A DNA stretch of 52,554 nucleotides, filler included, from Sphacelaria rigidula (taxonomy: Eukaryota), in NCBI GenBank assembly GCA_964200075.2. It is 3 parts of 3 records of this genome, joined end to end, with 100 filler letters (N's around TTAATTAATTAA, not from the genome) between each part and the next. Parts side by side here need not be neighbours in the genome. Positions count along the whole stretch, not along the records: positions 17,560 to 35,008 come from CAXNAA020001079.1; positions 35,109 to 52,554 come from CAXNAA020001080.1; 1 more part is not named here. One strand, 5' to 3'. Numbering within the stretch: position 1 is the stretch's first letter; every line of letters begins with the position of its first letter. The position numbers were made by a program, and so were the translations under genes. The notes below the pieces were generated by a model, which saw only the letters and a list, made by a program, of their open reading frames with translations, made no database searches and had not been told where the DNA came from. Shown here one piece after another: positions 23,217 to 36,858 of the stretch.

Positions 23217-23695
23217 CGGCAGGCAATACTGCTCGCAGGCAATTTTCAGATACGAGTAGTATCTAAATGGTCTTATTTTGTGTGGTCGTGAGAACAATTA
23301 GCTGTCATCAAGTTATTATACGAAAAAAAACAATTATTTGAATAATTTTCAACGACCGTTGATCATCATCGAATATGTACACCGGGATCTCATGGCAATA
23401 CAACATGTAGCAGTAGGATACAGCCCGTCAGTATTGTTTTTGTAGCGCTTGAGCGAATTTCTCGGTCCGCTGCCCCAATGCCCAAGGGAGATTGGAACTA
23501 GGGTATGGCACTCGTTTTCGTTCCCTTTCGTTTGTTCTTGTCTTGTTTTTTTTGCTCTCTCGTTTTTACTTCCGTTTGGTTTGCTGATGAAGCTCCTACC
23601 CTTCGGGAAGAAGGGAGACTCATTGACTTATCCCTCAGGAGGGTCAAAAATTAAATTATCATAATCGTGGCGGGTTAGCTCGATAGTTTTTCTTT

Positions 23696-23998
23696 ATTTC
23701 ATTTCATTTCATTTCATTTTATTTCATTTTATTTCATTTTATTTGTTCTGTCACACTATGAACACCTTCCCTCCTCGACGCGGATCCGTGGCCTCTAGGG
23801 ATCAACCCACCTCTCCCCGGTACATGACTTACATTTTGATCTCGCGGATTGGGCCAGCATCCCCGCACCGCGTCAACTCTCGTCAAACAAACTCAGTCAA
23901 CCACTTTTTGTTTACTCCCCACGTCGTACTAACGCTTTCGACGGTGGAAGTCAGATTATTTGAAGAAAGAAACCAACGCATCGGGATTTGAACTCTCA
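23696..23998 (-). mobile_element. SINE family B copy with (GAAAT)n tail
   Basis: (ATTTC)n at 23696-23742, then a body homologous to 2110-2270. The minus-strand 5' end has a B-box-like GAGTTCAAATCC. Confidence 0.6.
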
Positions 23999-24894
23999 TT
24001 TTATCCTCTCTAAAATAATGGTGATGATTATTATTATATCCGCACATGAGTCCGATCTTTCAAACTCGTGGTCACAGACGTAGGCTCGTCTTTCCAATAC
24101 CGTCCCAGCTATTCCTTACAAGACATAAAATCCTCCATCATTTTTTCAGAAACTCTAGCCTAATTACACAAACGCAATCAACTCAAACATTAGTAGTAGT
24201 GGTTACTTTTTGAGGGTCCTCGGCAGGCACTGAGGGAGCTCTAATAATAGCAAAGAAAAAAGTTCCTTCGCGTGGCGTGCTTCGCCCAGGCTGCCATGTA
24301 CATGTTAGCCCTCTCCCTACAACTCGGGACCATTCGGGCACATCTCTTGGGCAACCTGCGTCCACGATGTCGCATTTTTCCCGAAGCACGAGCAGTAGTC
24401 CGTGATACAGTATTATTGTAGTAGTAGGTGATGGTCGGGCCATTACACCCCCAGGGTGCGGTGAAGTGTGAATGTGTGTGTTCCCAAATACGATAGTGGC
24501 GCAAACGGTGTGGTGTAAGTTTGGGCTTCCTTTCTCGTTGTTCTCCCTGTTTGGTGGCTTTCTTGATAACTCATCCCCTCTTACCCCTCAACAAATGACG
24601 CCAACTACTTTTTGTCGGTCGTACTGTACTGTCAAGTGAAATATACTTTGACGACAAGCGGATATGCCTGAGACTGGAGTTAGTCGAAGGTGACGACAAA
24701 CAATGTGAGTCGGAGAGGCGAAAAAAAAGAGAGATCGGCAGATCACACAGCAACGGCGCTGCCAGACTGTGTACCGCACGAGGATTGAGGCACTGGTTTC
24801 GTACTAACGTGATTACACCGAAGTGGTGTGCTCTGCATCTGTGAAGACAATCAACTCGAAGGTTTGCACGACAAGGAAGGGAGACTGCTAGGAG

Positions 24895-27800
24895 ATGGCT
24901 GCTGCAGTAGCCATGTCTGTGGATTCCGTACCGGCGCCGCCGCCGTCCTCTTCAGGTGATTGACTGCTTCACCGAGTTCTACATCGTAGATTGCTGTACA
25001 TTGCTTGCGCTGCCAAAATATACCGATCGCTTGCAGTTGTTGCTTAATGGGTATGTCGGCGTTGTGTGGGTTGCATTGCGCAAAAGTGCGTGCATGCAGT
25101 CAGGCAGGGGGCGAAATAACGTGCGAAACGTCCGAAATGCCACTCCTTGCCGTTCCACCAGCAGTATGTATCAACATACTCCGCGTAGCTCGCGGTACGA
25201 AACACCCACCAGAGACAGTACGGGACCTCTGACTTCACCTCTGTACAGCTGACTGTCCCAGTGGTATTTTCCTCGTTTGCCAATATCCTAGCCTATCTTG
25301 CTTACCTTTGAGGCGTTCGTTGCCCTTCACAAGTTTGGCTGCAGTGTCAAAGCACTCGAACGAATGTCCCGAGTCGCAGTCCCAACCTACTTTTGAGGGT
25401 ACATGCTCGCACCACTCAGTCGGTCGCACCCGATGATGCCCCTCACCCACCACAGCTGCCGGGTTGATCTCGCTGCTGGAAGAGGAAGATGACGCCTTAC
25501 GCACACATGCCCTCAAGCGCCTACACGAAGTTGTTGATCAGCATTGGGCGGAGGTGGCCGCGGTCGTCCCTCTCATCGAGGAACTCAGTGAGGACGACAC
25601 TTTCGCCGCTCGCGAACTAGCAGCCGCAGTGGCTAGCAAGTGCTTTTTCCATCTCGAGGAATATAGCGACGCTCTCAGGCTCGCGCTTGGCGCCGGGCAG
25701 TACTTCGATGTCTCGTCCAAGACAGAGTATGTCTCCACCATGGTGTCCAAGTGCATTGACCAGTACACAGCCCAGCGGAGCGCTGCGGTCGGGGCGACGG
25801 GAGAGGGGGACGTGCCCGTCGAAGAGATGGACCCCCGCATGGAAGGCATTGTCGAGCGCATGTTCGACAGATGCTACGCGGACGGAGAGTACACCCAGGC
25901 CATGGGGATTGCTCTAGAGGCGAGGAGGCTGGACAAGGTGGAGGAGACCATTCAGCAGGCGGTGGACAAGCCGGCACTGCTCAAGTACACGTTTGATGTG
26001 TGCCAGACTCTGGTGACATCCCGCGAGACGAGGCTGAAGGTACTGGCTATCCTTGTAGCGATGCACCGCCTCATCCCTGAGCCGGATCACGTTGCGGTCT
26101 GCCAGTGTCTTCAGTTCTTGGGGGAGGTGAGAGCCTGTGCACGATCTTTGTACAGTGCGCTAAGACTCGAACTTTGTTAGCTCATTAGCCCACCCTTTTC
26201 AGGGTGACACGGGTAAACAAATGTGTCTGACGCAATCAGTATGGGGTGTCACTTAAACCAGACGTATTGCCTGCCTTGTGGATACTGGCGGTAGCGTAGA
26301 TTTTCTTGTTGCCTCACGTGAAACAACGTCGAGTAATTCAAATATGGGACCATGTTCGCTGGCGTAGAGTGCATGGATTACGTCTGTTTTGCAGAAATAT
26401 CGGAGCGCTGTTGGAGCAATATGATCCTGTCTCACATGTTACCACGAGGCAGCGAGGCATGGGTGTACATGCTGCTTTCAAAATGCTGAACCCTTTCGTT
26501 TGGTAAAATAATCGTCATTTCACTATTGATGTCTCAGGCGGCACAAGTCGCTGAGGTGCTGAAGGAGCTCTTGCGAGGGCCGGACGAATCGGCCCTACTT
26601 GCCTACCAGATCGCTTTTGACCTCATAGAATCTGAGCACCAGCACTTTGTCATGGAGGTTAACAAGAACCTTCCGCAGAAGAAGAAACCAGACGTTTCCG
26701 AAGGAGAGACTAAAGACGGTGAGGCTAAGGAGGACCCCACGGCTGCAGAGGATGCAGCCTCCGAGTCGACTCCTGCAGCAGCTAGTGGAATGGAGGTGGA
26801 GGGTGGTGGGGCGGGGAGCGGGGAAGAGGAAAATGAAAGCAAGGAGTTCCTCGGGCGCATGGACAAGCTGAGGCAGGTGCTCGTGGAAGGGTTCGGCATC
26901 GATCTGTCCCTGAACTTCCTGTATAAGATGAACAAGACGGACCTGTTGATAATGAAGAACATAAAGGGAGCGTTGGAGACGCGCAACAGCGTATTGCACA
27001 ATGTGACTGTTGTGGCGCATGGGTACATGCAAGCGGGAACCACGGTAAGTCAGCTCTTGGGACACACTTGCATGTCTCTGCTTTGATATGTTGTGCTCCA
27101 GTAGCGTGTTACAGGTGATGCCGGCCCATATCCTTCGTTTCGATGTATATGCTATGGAGAGAAATTATGGTACGCCCTAGTGTTCCGTGGAAATTGCATA
27201 TGCCACTACCTACATGGTATTTCGCGTGTTTGTCGTAGGAGCCCACTCTTGCTCCAAAGGCCTTTTCATCGCTATGCAATGGGTAAACGTCAGTGTCGTG
27301 TTGACCGATTAAACTATCCGTACTGTGTCCCACTGGCGGCACTTGAAGGTTGTGTGTAGTGTGTTATTTGTGATGTGCGGAAGCGGCAACGGTCGTTGAA
27401 AAAAGTGTGTTGTTGACACTGCCCGCCTGCTGACACTTTGAAAATGACCACTAGTGCCTGAAAAACCGTATCGCATCAGGCCCGTGCTGTACACGACTCC
27501 AAAATCTGTCGTTTTCGTTCAGGTGGATACTTTCCTCCGCGATAATCTGGATTGGATGGGTCGTGCAAGCAACTGGGCCAAGTTCACGGCTACGGCGAGC
27601 ATCGGGGTGGTGCACCGTGGCCATATGAAGGAGAGCATGAACCTTCTGCAGCCGTACTTGCCTCAGGGTGGAGTCAGCGCGCTACCCTACAGTGAGGGCG
27701 GAGCTCTGTACGCTTTGGGCTTGATTCACTCGAACAAGGGAAGCGACGGCAACGCGGAGGTGTGGTTATCCAAGTCTCGAAGACTCGGCTTCAGTATCAG

Positions 27801-30800
27801 ATACCGCACTACGTCGTTACCATGTGTACTTGCTGTTTCGGTATCAGTGCAGCGATTGTGGTTCTCTCGTCCGTATCGCAGTTCTGAAAGTATCTTGATG
27901 GTGTGCACCGAAAATCACAAGGCGTGTCCGCTTCACGAACACCCACCGCCTAAATATAAATAGCCTCTTTGGTCCATCTTGCAAAGTCGAAACTCATACC
28001 TGATGATGTTGTAAATCGTGCATACACTGTCGTGTGCAGGTCATCCGGTACCTACGAGAGGCCCTCCGCAACGCGGGCACCAATGAGACGGTCCAGCATG
28101 GAGCTTGCTTGGGTCTAGGGTTGGCGGCCATGTCGACTGGGGGAGCCGAGCTGTACGAGGAGTTGAAGAACACTCTGTACACAGACAGCGCTAACGCTGG
28201 AGAGGCGGCTGCTTACGCAATTGGTCTGACGATGCTGGGTAAGGGCGGTAGCACGGCGGAGTCGCGCACTGCGCTTGAAGAGATGATCGCTTACGCGCAT
28301 GAGACGCAGCACGAGAAGATTATTCGAGGTCTAGCCATGGGCATTGCGCTCACTGTGTACAGGTGCGGGTGAAGGCAACATTTGACGTACAGTTGATACA
28401 TGGCTGACAGGCATGGGTCGAATGTTGCAGTATCTACATCTTAACATACGTGGGTGGATACCATTTCCAGTAAGTCTAAGTGCAGTCGCCATTCATCGAT
28501 ATCAACCAATGGGATAAGTGTGAGAAAATCTTATAATGTTTATCGTTGGTCTCCGTGGAGGGTTGATATATGGTTGTGCGAGAAGAAACAACCGTGGCAC
28601 AGAGGGGTGGCAGCTGCCTTTGGGTTGTAGAGAACAATCTTATGTTTGTTTGCACCTATAGCTGAGTCAAGTCAGTTATCGTGGACCGTTCCACTGTTTC
28701 ATCTATTGGACCTATGTGTGTTTCGATACAAGCATATTCCGTATCCTCTGGCTCAAGTGAAATTTGCTCTCATCCACACGCCGCTTTACTATGGTTACGT
28801 CAATGTGATCCACTGACTGCTTCATGCTGATAACAGCCAAGAGGAAGCTGCGGAAGGCACCATCGAGCAGCTTGCGAGAGACCGAGATCCTATTCTGCGC
28901 TACGGTGCGATGTACGCTATCGGGATGGCGTACTGCGGGACCTCCAATAATAGCGCCATCCGGCGGTTGTTGCACGTTGCTGTGTCGGACGTGAGTGATG
29001 ATGTTCGTCTCGCGGCCGTCACATGCCTCGGCTTCGTGCTCTTCCGGACACCAGAACAGGTGACGAGTGTCAGTAAAGTGATCTTCATGGCGAGTGAAGA
29101 CATTGGTGTTGCTACACTTGTCCACGTAGGAGGAGGAGGGGGGGGGGTTGTTGGAATTTATTAACCCCCTTCCCGACGAAGCTGATTTGAACCCTTATTC
29201 GTATCGCTCGCCTCGTACTCGCCCCTTGCTCTGAAACGAGATAGTTTGATGTCATGTTATGATATCTTGGTGCACGATCGAGCTTGCGTACGGTGAAGAA
29301 TAATTCGAAACGTTGCGTGCTCACTTCAATGGAGGCTACTCGAACATCGGAGGGTATCATGTGCGCAGTAGTCGAGTCAAGATAGCAGGTCAACGGGTGG
29401 CGGTTTTGTGTGTGGATGCGGTCCTCGTACTGTCGGTGAGCAAGCCGCCTATTGACAGCTGCTTCGCCTGCACGTTATGCGATATATTTTTCGAAGGTGC
29501 CGCGACTCGTTTCTCTCCTGGCGGAGTCGTTCAATGCGCATATGCGCTTTGGGTCGTGCCTCGCAATTGGCATCAGCTGCGCTGGGACAGGCTCTCGCGA
29601 GGCGATGGATGTGTTGGAGCCGATGATGGAAGACGCCGTTGACTTCGTACGACAGGTATGTGTACGCGCGAGATTCAGTTGCAGTCGGTGATCTGAAATT
29701 CAATTCCATTTTTTTGGTTTTCCGGCGTGCCGGTCTACGGTGGGTGCCATTTTGGTCGTGTGTCCCAACGTCATGAGTGACTAGAATGGCAGTCACTTCA
29801 TTGGCTCTGGTATCATCTGATTCAAGTCCGACGTAGGTACAACGCAAATCAGGCACAACCCTGTTCGTTGTTTGATGGAAAGGTGGGCTTCATACCACTT
29901 CTAAACAGTATGTGTTTGTGGTGGCGAGAGCGGTGCCGAGCAAATATCCTCATTTGCTGATTATCTTTAGTGCCACGAAACCCTCCTCTCGTGGGCGTTG
30001 TTTTACAGGGTGCCCTGATCGCTATGGCAATGGTGCTGATGCAGCAGTCGGAGGCCAGGATTTCCAAGGTGAAAGCTTTTCGGGCTAAACTCACCAGTGT
30101 TGTGTCGGACAAGCACCAGAGCACCATGACCAAGATGGGAGCAATCATGGCAAGCGGTATTTTGGAGGCTGGCGGGCGCAACGTGACCATCACCATGCAG
30201 TCCCGCGCGGGCTTCACCAAGATATCGTCCGTCGTGGGTCTTGCCGTATGGTGTCAGTACTGGTACTGGTACCCACTCATGCACTTCTTGCCTCTCGCCT
30301 TTACGCCCACAACCCACATCGGTCTCAACAAGGACTTCAATATGCCTAATAAATACGAGGCCACTTGTGAGGCACGTCCCAGCCACTTCGCCTATCCCAA
30401 GAGGCTCGAGGAGAAGAAGGAGGAGAAGAAGGAAAGGGTCACAACGGTTACCCTTAGCACCACGGCCAAGGCTAAAGCGCGAGAGGCGCGCAAAGAGTTG
30501 AGCACAAGGAAAGAAGACGCTGACAGTACGGTGGCAGTAGGCGCAGGTGCGGGTGCTAACGCATCGGGCACTGCCGATATGAAGGTGCAAGGGGAAGAGG
30601 AGGGAAAAGCAGGGGTGGAGGAGTCGAAGGGGGAAGATGCGATGGACGGGGAGGAGGAAAAGAAGGACGAGCCCGTGAAGACCCCTAAGAGAGAGCCCGA
30701 AGCAACCAGCTTTAAGATCAAGAACCCTGCCCGAGTGACGCCATCCCAGGAGCCCTTCGTGCATTTCGAAATGGAACAAAGGTGCGACGTGCTGTGAGGT

Positions 30801-31462
30801 GGAGACGTAGCTTGATATTTTGTCGGATTTACAAGCGACCAAGCCGCGAAGTGCGTCTTTTAGAGCACTCCCTCAAAAGTCGATTCTCGCCTTCGCTCTT
30901 GGATGAACTCATTTAGCGTGATTCTAGTTGAATGTGCGCACTCGGGCTATTTTCATCAGGTTCAATGCTTTTTTGCCCATAGGTTTGCCGTCTTCGCTGC
31001 CATGGTGACATCTTTCACTTCGTTTTATCATGTATGCTGCCGATCGCAGTCTCCGCAAGATGACCGCACCCTGCACATCTGGTTCCCCACTCCGGTTTCT
31101 GTCGATACATATTTCATCTTGGTGTCACTTTGTGTTTTGATTTTCGTTTACGCTCCAAAAGAAAACAAGTAGTTGTAGCCACCCCAAAGCCCATCTGATA
31201 TCGATGTAGTGACCAAGGGTGATTGAGATTAACCCCCGCTGCTGTCTGACTAACGCGACCGACTAGGTATGTGCCGGTGCGAAAATCGGGGAAGCCTCTA
31301 GGTATCATCATGCTGTTGGATAGAATGCCTGACGAGCCGGAGGATGTGGCCATGGTGGAGGCCCCGTCCGCCGACCCAGAAGAGGAAGAGGCAGATCCCC
31401 CGGAGCCGTTCGAGTGGACCCCAACAGGGGGCGGAAAACCTATTCCTGCGGGAGAGGCGTGA
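24895..31462 (+). CDS. RPN2: 26S proteasome non-ATPase regulatory subunit 1 (RPN2/PSMD1), 9 exons, 1049 aa
   Basis: Exons 24895-24955, 25456-26126, 26538-27044, 27523-27759, 28040-28362, 28837-29059, 29497-29655, 30009-30781, 31267-31462, all GT-AG and phase-consistent. Hallmark motifs: [89 protein letters not shown]. Confidence 0.97.
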
Positions 31463-33509
31463 ATGGTTGGGAAATGTTGCTTGTTGTCGGAAAAGTGGAG
31501 TGAGCGCATAAGTGGGGAGCCAGGCACTCTTGCCCGCTTTGTCGAGTGTTGATCGACGAGTGACCGGCTAGGGTTATCTTGCACACGCGGAGTTTCATGT
31601 ATTAGTCGAGTTGGAAGCGGTGGACGATGGCAATGCAAGTATCGGATGCTGCCAGGGTTTGTCGTCGTCTTGCACTAAACAGTAGTTGAATCTGTTGTGT
31701 CGATAGTGACCGTACGCTAGCGAACTACAATATGGTGCAGTCTCTGGAATATGACGCCAGGGTTGAACAGCTCTATGTAAAGCTTTCCCATTGTTTCGAT
31801 GTGCAGGCAATCCGTGCTAGGGCTTTGAAGAAGCAAGCTCCGACGTCCATCGCGCGACGATTGCATCGTCATATTGTTTGTCTTGGCTATCACCAACACT
31901 CTCACACGCGTCCTGCACTTCTTTCAGCATTCGCACCAATCACAAGGTTTTTCCTACATCATCAAACATTTTTCTTCTGACGTTAAGGCGGATACTGGTG
32001 AGACTCATGAGTGGTGCGGGAAGTTTCGTGTGCCTTGACCCTTGTGGAACTCGCGAAAAACAGCACAAATTCCCGTGTGCGAGCTTTCGTCGACGGGAAG
32101 AAGCCACTCCGCGTTCCGTGCACGAACCTGTCACTGGTATACTTGAACTTGAAGTGATGCACCGTTTTGTTGGGCTGCATTATCGACACTTGCAGAAGAA
32201 CAATCATATCTTGCCCACACGAAAACGTCAAGTGTAAATCGTCACGTTTCCATGGACGATCCCAAAAGGGGTGAAGGCCATACGTGTACGCGTATCCATA
32301 CCGTAATAAGTGAGTGAGGTATGGGGAATCAACGGTTCGGGTTCTCAGCCATCATCGCAGTTCCTAGGCAGCATGTTTACATGCTGCATACAATATATAG
32401 TTAATTATAAATATTCACCAGTTTACAGCGACGACTGCGGTGTCCAGGAACAACGGTTATGGATGAGAGTCTGAACCGTCGACTCCACATACGTCGGGTT
32501 CACTCGCGATGCCACGTGCTACTTCTCTTCACTCTATGTATATGTATTTCAACTTCAGGACCTGCAGCGCGCGGCAGTAACCTCGGTCGCGCTGTAAGCT
32601 TCCAACCCCGTTGCATGAGGTGGACTTGAAATCTAGGGTTCATACCGATGGAAAACGCTCAACAACTACTGTACTTTCTTCCCGGCACTACGGTAGTGGG
32701 CGGTCTAACTATTTAGCGGGGTTTTGGGATATTCCTTGCGTACTTCTCTTCAAAAGAACTCGAAATTGCTAGCGTCGGTAGATTTTGGTACAAAAAACAA
32801 ATCATCCTCGAAACACAGTGCCCAAGTCAGTGCTCGTCGATGTTATCGGGCGAAACGAGGATATACCCCGTTCATCAGGAGGGTGTTATTGACCGTGAAA
32901 GACAGTTTTTCGGCTCTAGTGCATTGAGTAGGCAAAATCTCAAAAAAATAAAACTCTACATTTTTCAAGCTCGATCGACCGAAAATACCGAGGCTCACAA
33001 ATTCTTTAGATCCCCAATGTGACAAGTGGTGGCAAGCGAAAAGAGCCCAAGAAAGCCGCCAAATACGAAGAAATCACAAAATGCCTCAAAACGAATAGGT
33101 AGACCGCCCACTACTGTACACCCGTGAAATGCTACTGCAGAGGCAGTTCCACGGTCGTCAGGCCGATGTGTCGCTGACCCGTGCAGTTCCCGCCTGTGTT
33201 GAAAGATAGATAATGTGTTCCCCCTGAACGTTCGGTGCAGACGCCGACTCCGTGGGCCAGTCTTGTACTTGATGTATGTATGTACCCGATCCGGAGTATT
33301 GAAGTCAGGTAATCAGAAGTCAACCGGATATCGAGTCTACTTCGACCAGGTAGTGGAAGAGGAGCTGTCTTTTGTCAAAGTTGGATCCGCGTCCGCGAAC
33401 GCCAAATGAGGATTTCAGGACCTCAATGGGCTTGCCCGGACCTTGTCCCGTTGATTCAATTTTTGACTTTATTTGTACGAACAACTTGCGGACTAAAGTT
33501 ACCCCTGAA

Positions 33510-33938
33510 CACGGGATTTTACAAATTGGGGATGGATCTTTGACTGGGGATGAAAACCCGGAGAAAAAAAACATTCGTATCCACACCGAATCTTCGAAGT
33601 ATGCTTCCATTTCTTCACTTGCTGGTAGGTTTGATAACTACTACACGCCATTCAAATTTGGATTCCGATATCCGAAATGGCGGCGGGGTCCCACGTGAAG
33701 AATCAATGTGGGGGGATTTTAGGTGCCCGATCGGACGCCGAAATTGGTTCTTCACCTAAGACCCCGACATTTCCTTTGTCGACATTCAAATTTGTACGGC
33801 GTGTAGTAGTTGTCAATAGCTACCAGCAAGTCAAGAAATGGAAGTATACTTTAAAGATTTGGTGTGGATACGAAGATTTCAATTCTCCGGGTTTTCATCC
33901 CCAATAAAAGATCCATCCTCAATTTGTAAAATCCCGTG
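33510..33938. mobile_element. Foldback MITE (~430 bp, ~185-bp TIRs), copy 1
   Basis: Left arm CACGGGATTTTACAAATTG...GTGAAGAA is the imperfect reverse complement of right arm TTCTTCAC...CAATTTGTAAAATCCCGTG. A second copy lies at 35380. Confidence 0.85.
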
Positions 33939-35008
33939 TTCCTTGTTTCGACTGTTTCAGTACACTCAAGATGTACATGATTATATGTCGAGAAGTTGAA
34001 GCATGATGTGCGTGACGTAAAAAACTTTACATGAAGTTGTGTTCGGAGGGTGGCGCTTGACTCTTCCGGAAACAGGTGAATATCATCCACAGTGGTGATG
34101 GCTATGTTTGGGCTTATCCCAAACCAATTCTTTTATCCAACGCTGTACCCCTGTAAGTATCCCAGATGTCCATACTCCCTCTCTCCAGAAATATGTGCAA
34201 GGTTTCTACCATAAGCTCCGAAGTAGGTAATTTAGTCGTTGCTTGATGTCGGACGGGTATAAAATACGATCGGATATGACATGGTTGGACGAAAGGAATA
34301 AATCTGTAGGGAGGGAGGGGATGAGAGTTTCGTGTCCCCTGATTGGGATATCCGGGAGTGTAATTAGCGAGGAGGTACCGAATCATTGTACCCTTTTCCA
34401 ATTCGTTGGCATTCTTGCGCTTTGGCCCCTGGGAGGCACTCCCAGCAGTGAACATGCCTTATCCTCTGATTCAGAAGATGGGAAGGCTTTTCACCGGAGG
34501 TTCCAAGTTAAAGGTGACTTCGAGCTACTGTACTGCTGCTGGGGAGGAAGAACCATTTTTGGCGTGAAAATGAAAAAAAACACCGGTTTGGGGCAAACCG
34601 CGCGAGAGCCGCCGAACCGAAGAAAAAAAACGATCGTGGAAAAAAAGGACGCCGCGATTGGACCTCTTTTTCTCCCAACCTTGCTTGTAGTTCCGGATAG
34701 AGGTAGCATATATCTCGTCAAAGTTTTGATGTGATGATACATCTCACGTGTGTTTGGAGGCATATTGAGGTCGGCCCGCAGATGGTCGAAATATGTCGAA
34801 TGGCACCCCTCGTTCCGATGAAAATATTTCGGAAGGGCATGCCTCGTTTTCTACCCCGGAAGAAGGGTCGGGGGGCGAGGGGCGGGCTGAGAATGAGCAC
34901 GTCGAAGTTATGCCTTCCATCCGTCCAGCAGCATCTAACAGCCGATTTTCGACAATGGGGTTGAAAAATAAAATGAGGTTCAACTCAAAAGCCGTGCTTT
35001 CCCTGACC

Positions 35009-35108
35009 NNNNNNNNNNNNNNNNNNNNNNNNNNNNNNNNNNNNNNNNNNNNTTAATTAATTAANNNNNNNNNNNNNNNNNNNNNNNNNNNNNNNNNNNN
35101 NNNNNNNN
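35009..35108. other. Assembly gap with TTAATTAATTAA linker
   Basis: Same N-padded linker as 17460-17559. Confidence 0.95.
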
Positions 35109-35379
35109 TTAAGTGTCATTGCGCCAACTCTAGCGATCACGTCAAAGGGGTCATCGCGACACTTTTCCAACACAGCCGCGGCACGATACACTACAGACTG
35201 CACAGCAAATATATGAGGCTTAATAATCAGGTGGTCGACAAACACACCACCGTCTGTGTTATGACTCTCACAACTATGTGTCTCTTATGCACTCCCGGTC
35301 CCTTCCGCCGTAGAGTAGGCGTTTTGAGTTGTGACAGAGGAATGATGCTGAACCCAAAACAACGTGGAGAGTGTCTAAG

Positions 35380-35815
35380 CACGGGATCTTACAAATTGGG
35401 GACGGATCATCTATTGAGGATGAGAAACCCGGAGAATGAAAATCTTCGTACCCACACCAAATCTTCGAAATATGGTTCCATTTCTTCACCTACTGATAAC
35501 CATTGACAACTGCTACACGCTATAGAAATTTGGATTTCGATCACCGAGATGTTGGGGTCCTAGGTGGAAAACCATTTTTCGGGAATTCCGGGTGTCCGAA
35601 CGGACGCCAAAATGGCTCCGATGTTTTTCACCTAGGACCCCAACATCTCGGTAATCGAAATCCAAATTCCTACGGCGTGTAGCAGTAATCAATAGCTATC
35701 AGTAGGTGAAGAAATGGAACCATATTTCGAAGAATTGGTGTGGATACGAAGATTTTAATTCTCCGGGTTTCTCATCTCCAATAAATGATCCATCCCCTAT
35801 GTGTAAGATCCCGTG
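35380..35815. mobile_element. Foldback MITE (~435 bp, ~190-bp TIRs), copy 2
   Basis: CACGGGATCTTACA...TGTAAGATCCCGTG, colinear with 33510-33938 including the central loop (GGTG.CCGA.CGGACGCC.AAAT). Confidence 0.85.
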
Positions 35816-36614
35816 TTTCGACCTCAGTCTACCAGCGGGGGGGTCGTCGTCTAAGGGCTAATTACGATAATTTAGTTGCGTCTTTCTCTGTCGAATCCTG
35901 TTTCGGCCTATTTCGTCTTTTATTTTCCCTTTTTGCAGCCTTGTTGTTAATGGGCTCGTTTTTTGGTACCGTCAACCTTTGGCCCTTGTCGCGGTCATCT
36001 TGTCTTGCCCTGCCCTGGTTCCCAGTATGCCGAACCTTATACAAACAGAATGGTATTGTGCATAGTTGTTGTTGACATTCTGTGTCTCTACTATATGTTA
36101 GCCGAGTACTAGAGCGAAGCAACAACAGCCTTTCGGTCATGCAAGTTACGATGTCTCGCTAGCTCATGAAAATACGACTTACTTTTACTAAATGCTAACA
36201 CATTTCACCATCTTTCGATGCACATCGTTCATCTCTGACTACTATGTCGACCTCCTTACATCTGCTCACTGCTTGAATCAAACATCTTTACAGTCTCATC
36301 GTTGTTCCTGAAACAATCGTGAGCTCACAGCACGTGGGAGAAGTCCACACAGAACGATACACAACGAACGTCAGGACATTCTTGATCACAGCTTCAGGCC
36401 GATTCGATTTCTATTTTCCTCTTGGTGGTGTTGACTCATCATACTTCAGAGAAGTGAACACCAGGGTGACAGCTGGTTGAATCCATCCCTGGAAAAAACC
36501 GGATCCAACCAAATGTAAAGAGGCATGTTTATGTATTCCATCTCTTGACGGATTACGTCATCCTCAACCCTGATTGCGGTACTTGTAATGCATGAGAGGA
36601 CCACGTGCCTAGAG

Positions 36615-36858
36615 GATGGCGCCGTAGTTCAAAACACCGCAGGATCGATGTTTTTCAAAACCAATCGGGCCAGTCCTTGCAGGTACCACGCCCCTGACCC
36701 TAACCCCAACACTAACCCTAACCCTGACCCTAACCATGGGGATGTTCAAATTCCGATGCGGTCCTCTAAGCACGCGGTCCTCTCACGCATTACAGTACTA
36801 ACCAGTTCTCGCAATCAGCCCTCCGGGCGAGTGGTGTCGTTTTGAAATCCACGGCCCA
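36615..36858. repeat. Interstitial (CCCTAA)-like tract within a short element with imperfect inverted ends
   Basis: CCCTGA CCCTAA CCCCAA CACTAA CCCTAA CCCTGA CCCTAA at 36692-36733. The flanks GCCGTAGTTCAAAACACC and GGTGTCGTTTTGAAATCCACGGC are imperfect inverted repeats. Confidence 0.6.

Noticed and set aside
30003-30842. 279-aa antisense ORF (and similar antisense ORFs at 25538, 26595 and 9062)
   Set aside because: Shadow ORFs opposite GC-rich coding exons.
33130-34460. Decayed coding sequence interrupted by the MITE
   Set aside because: The minus-strand fragments look protein-like but contain stops and frameshifts and no recognisable motif, so no call can be supported.
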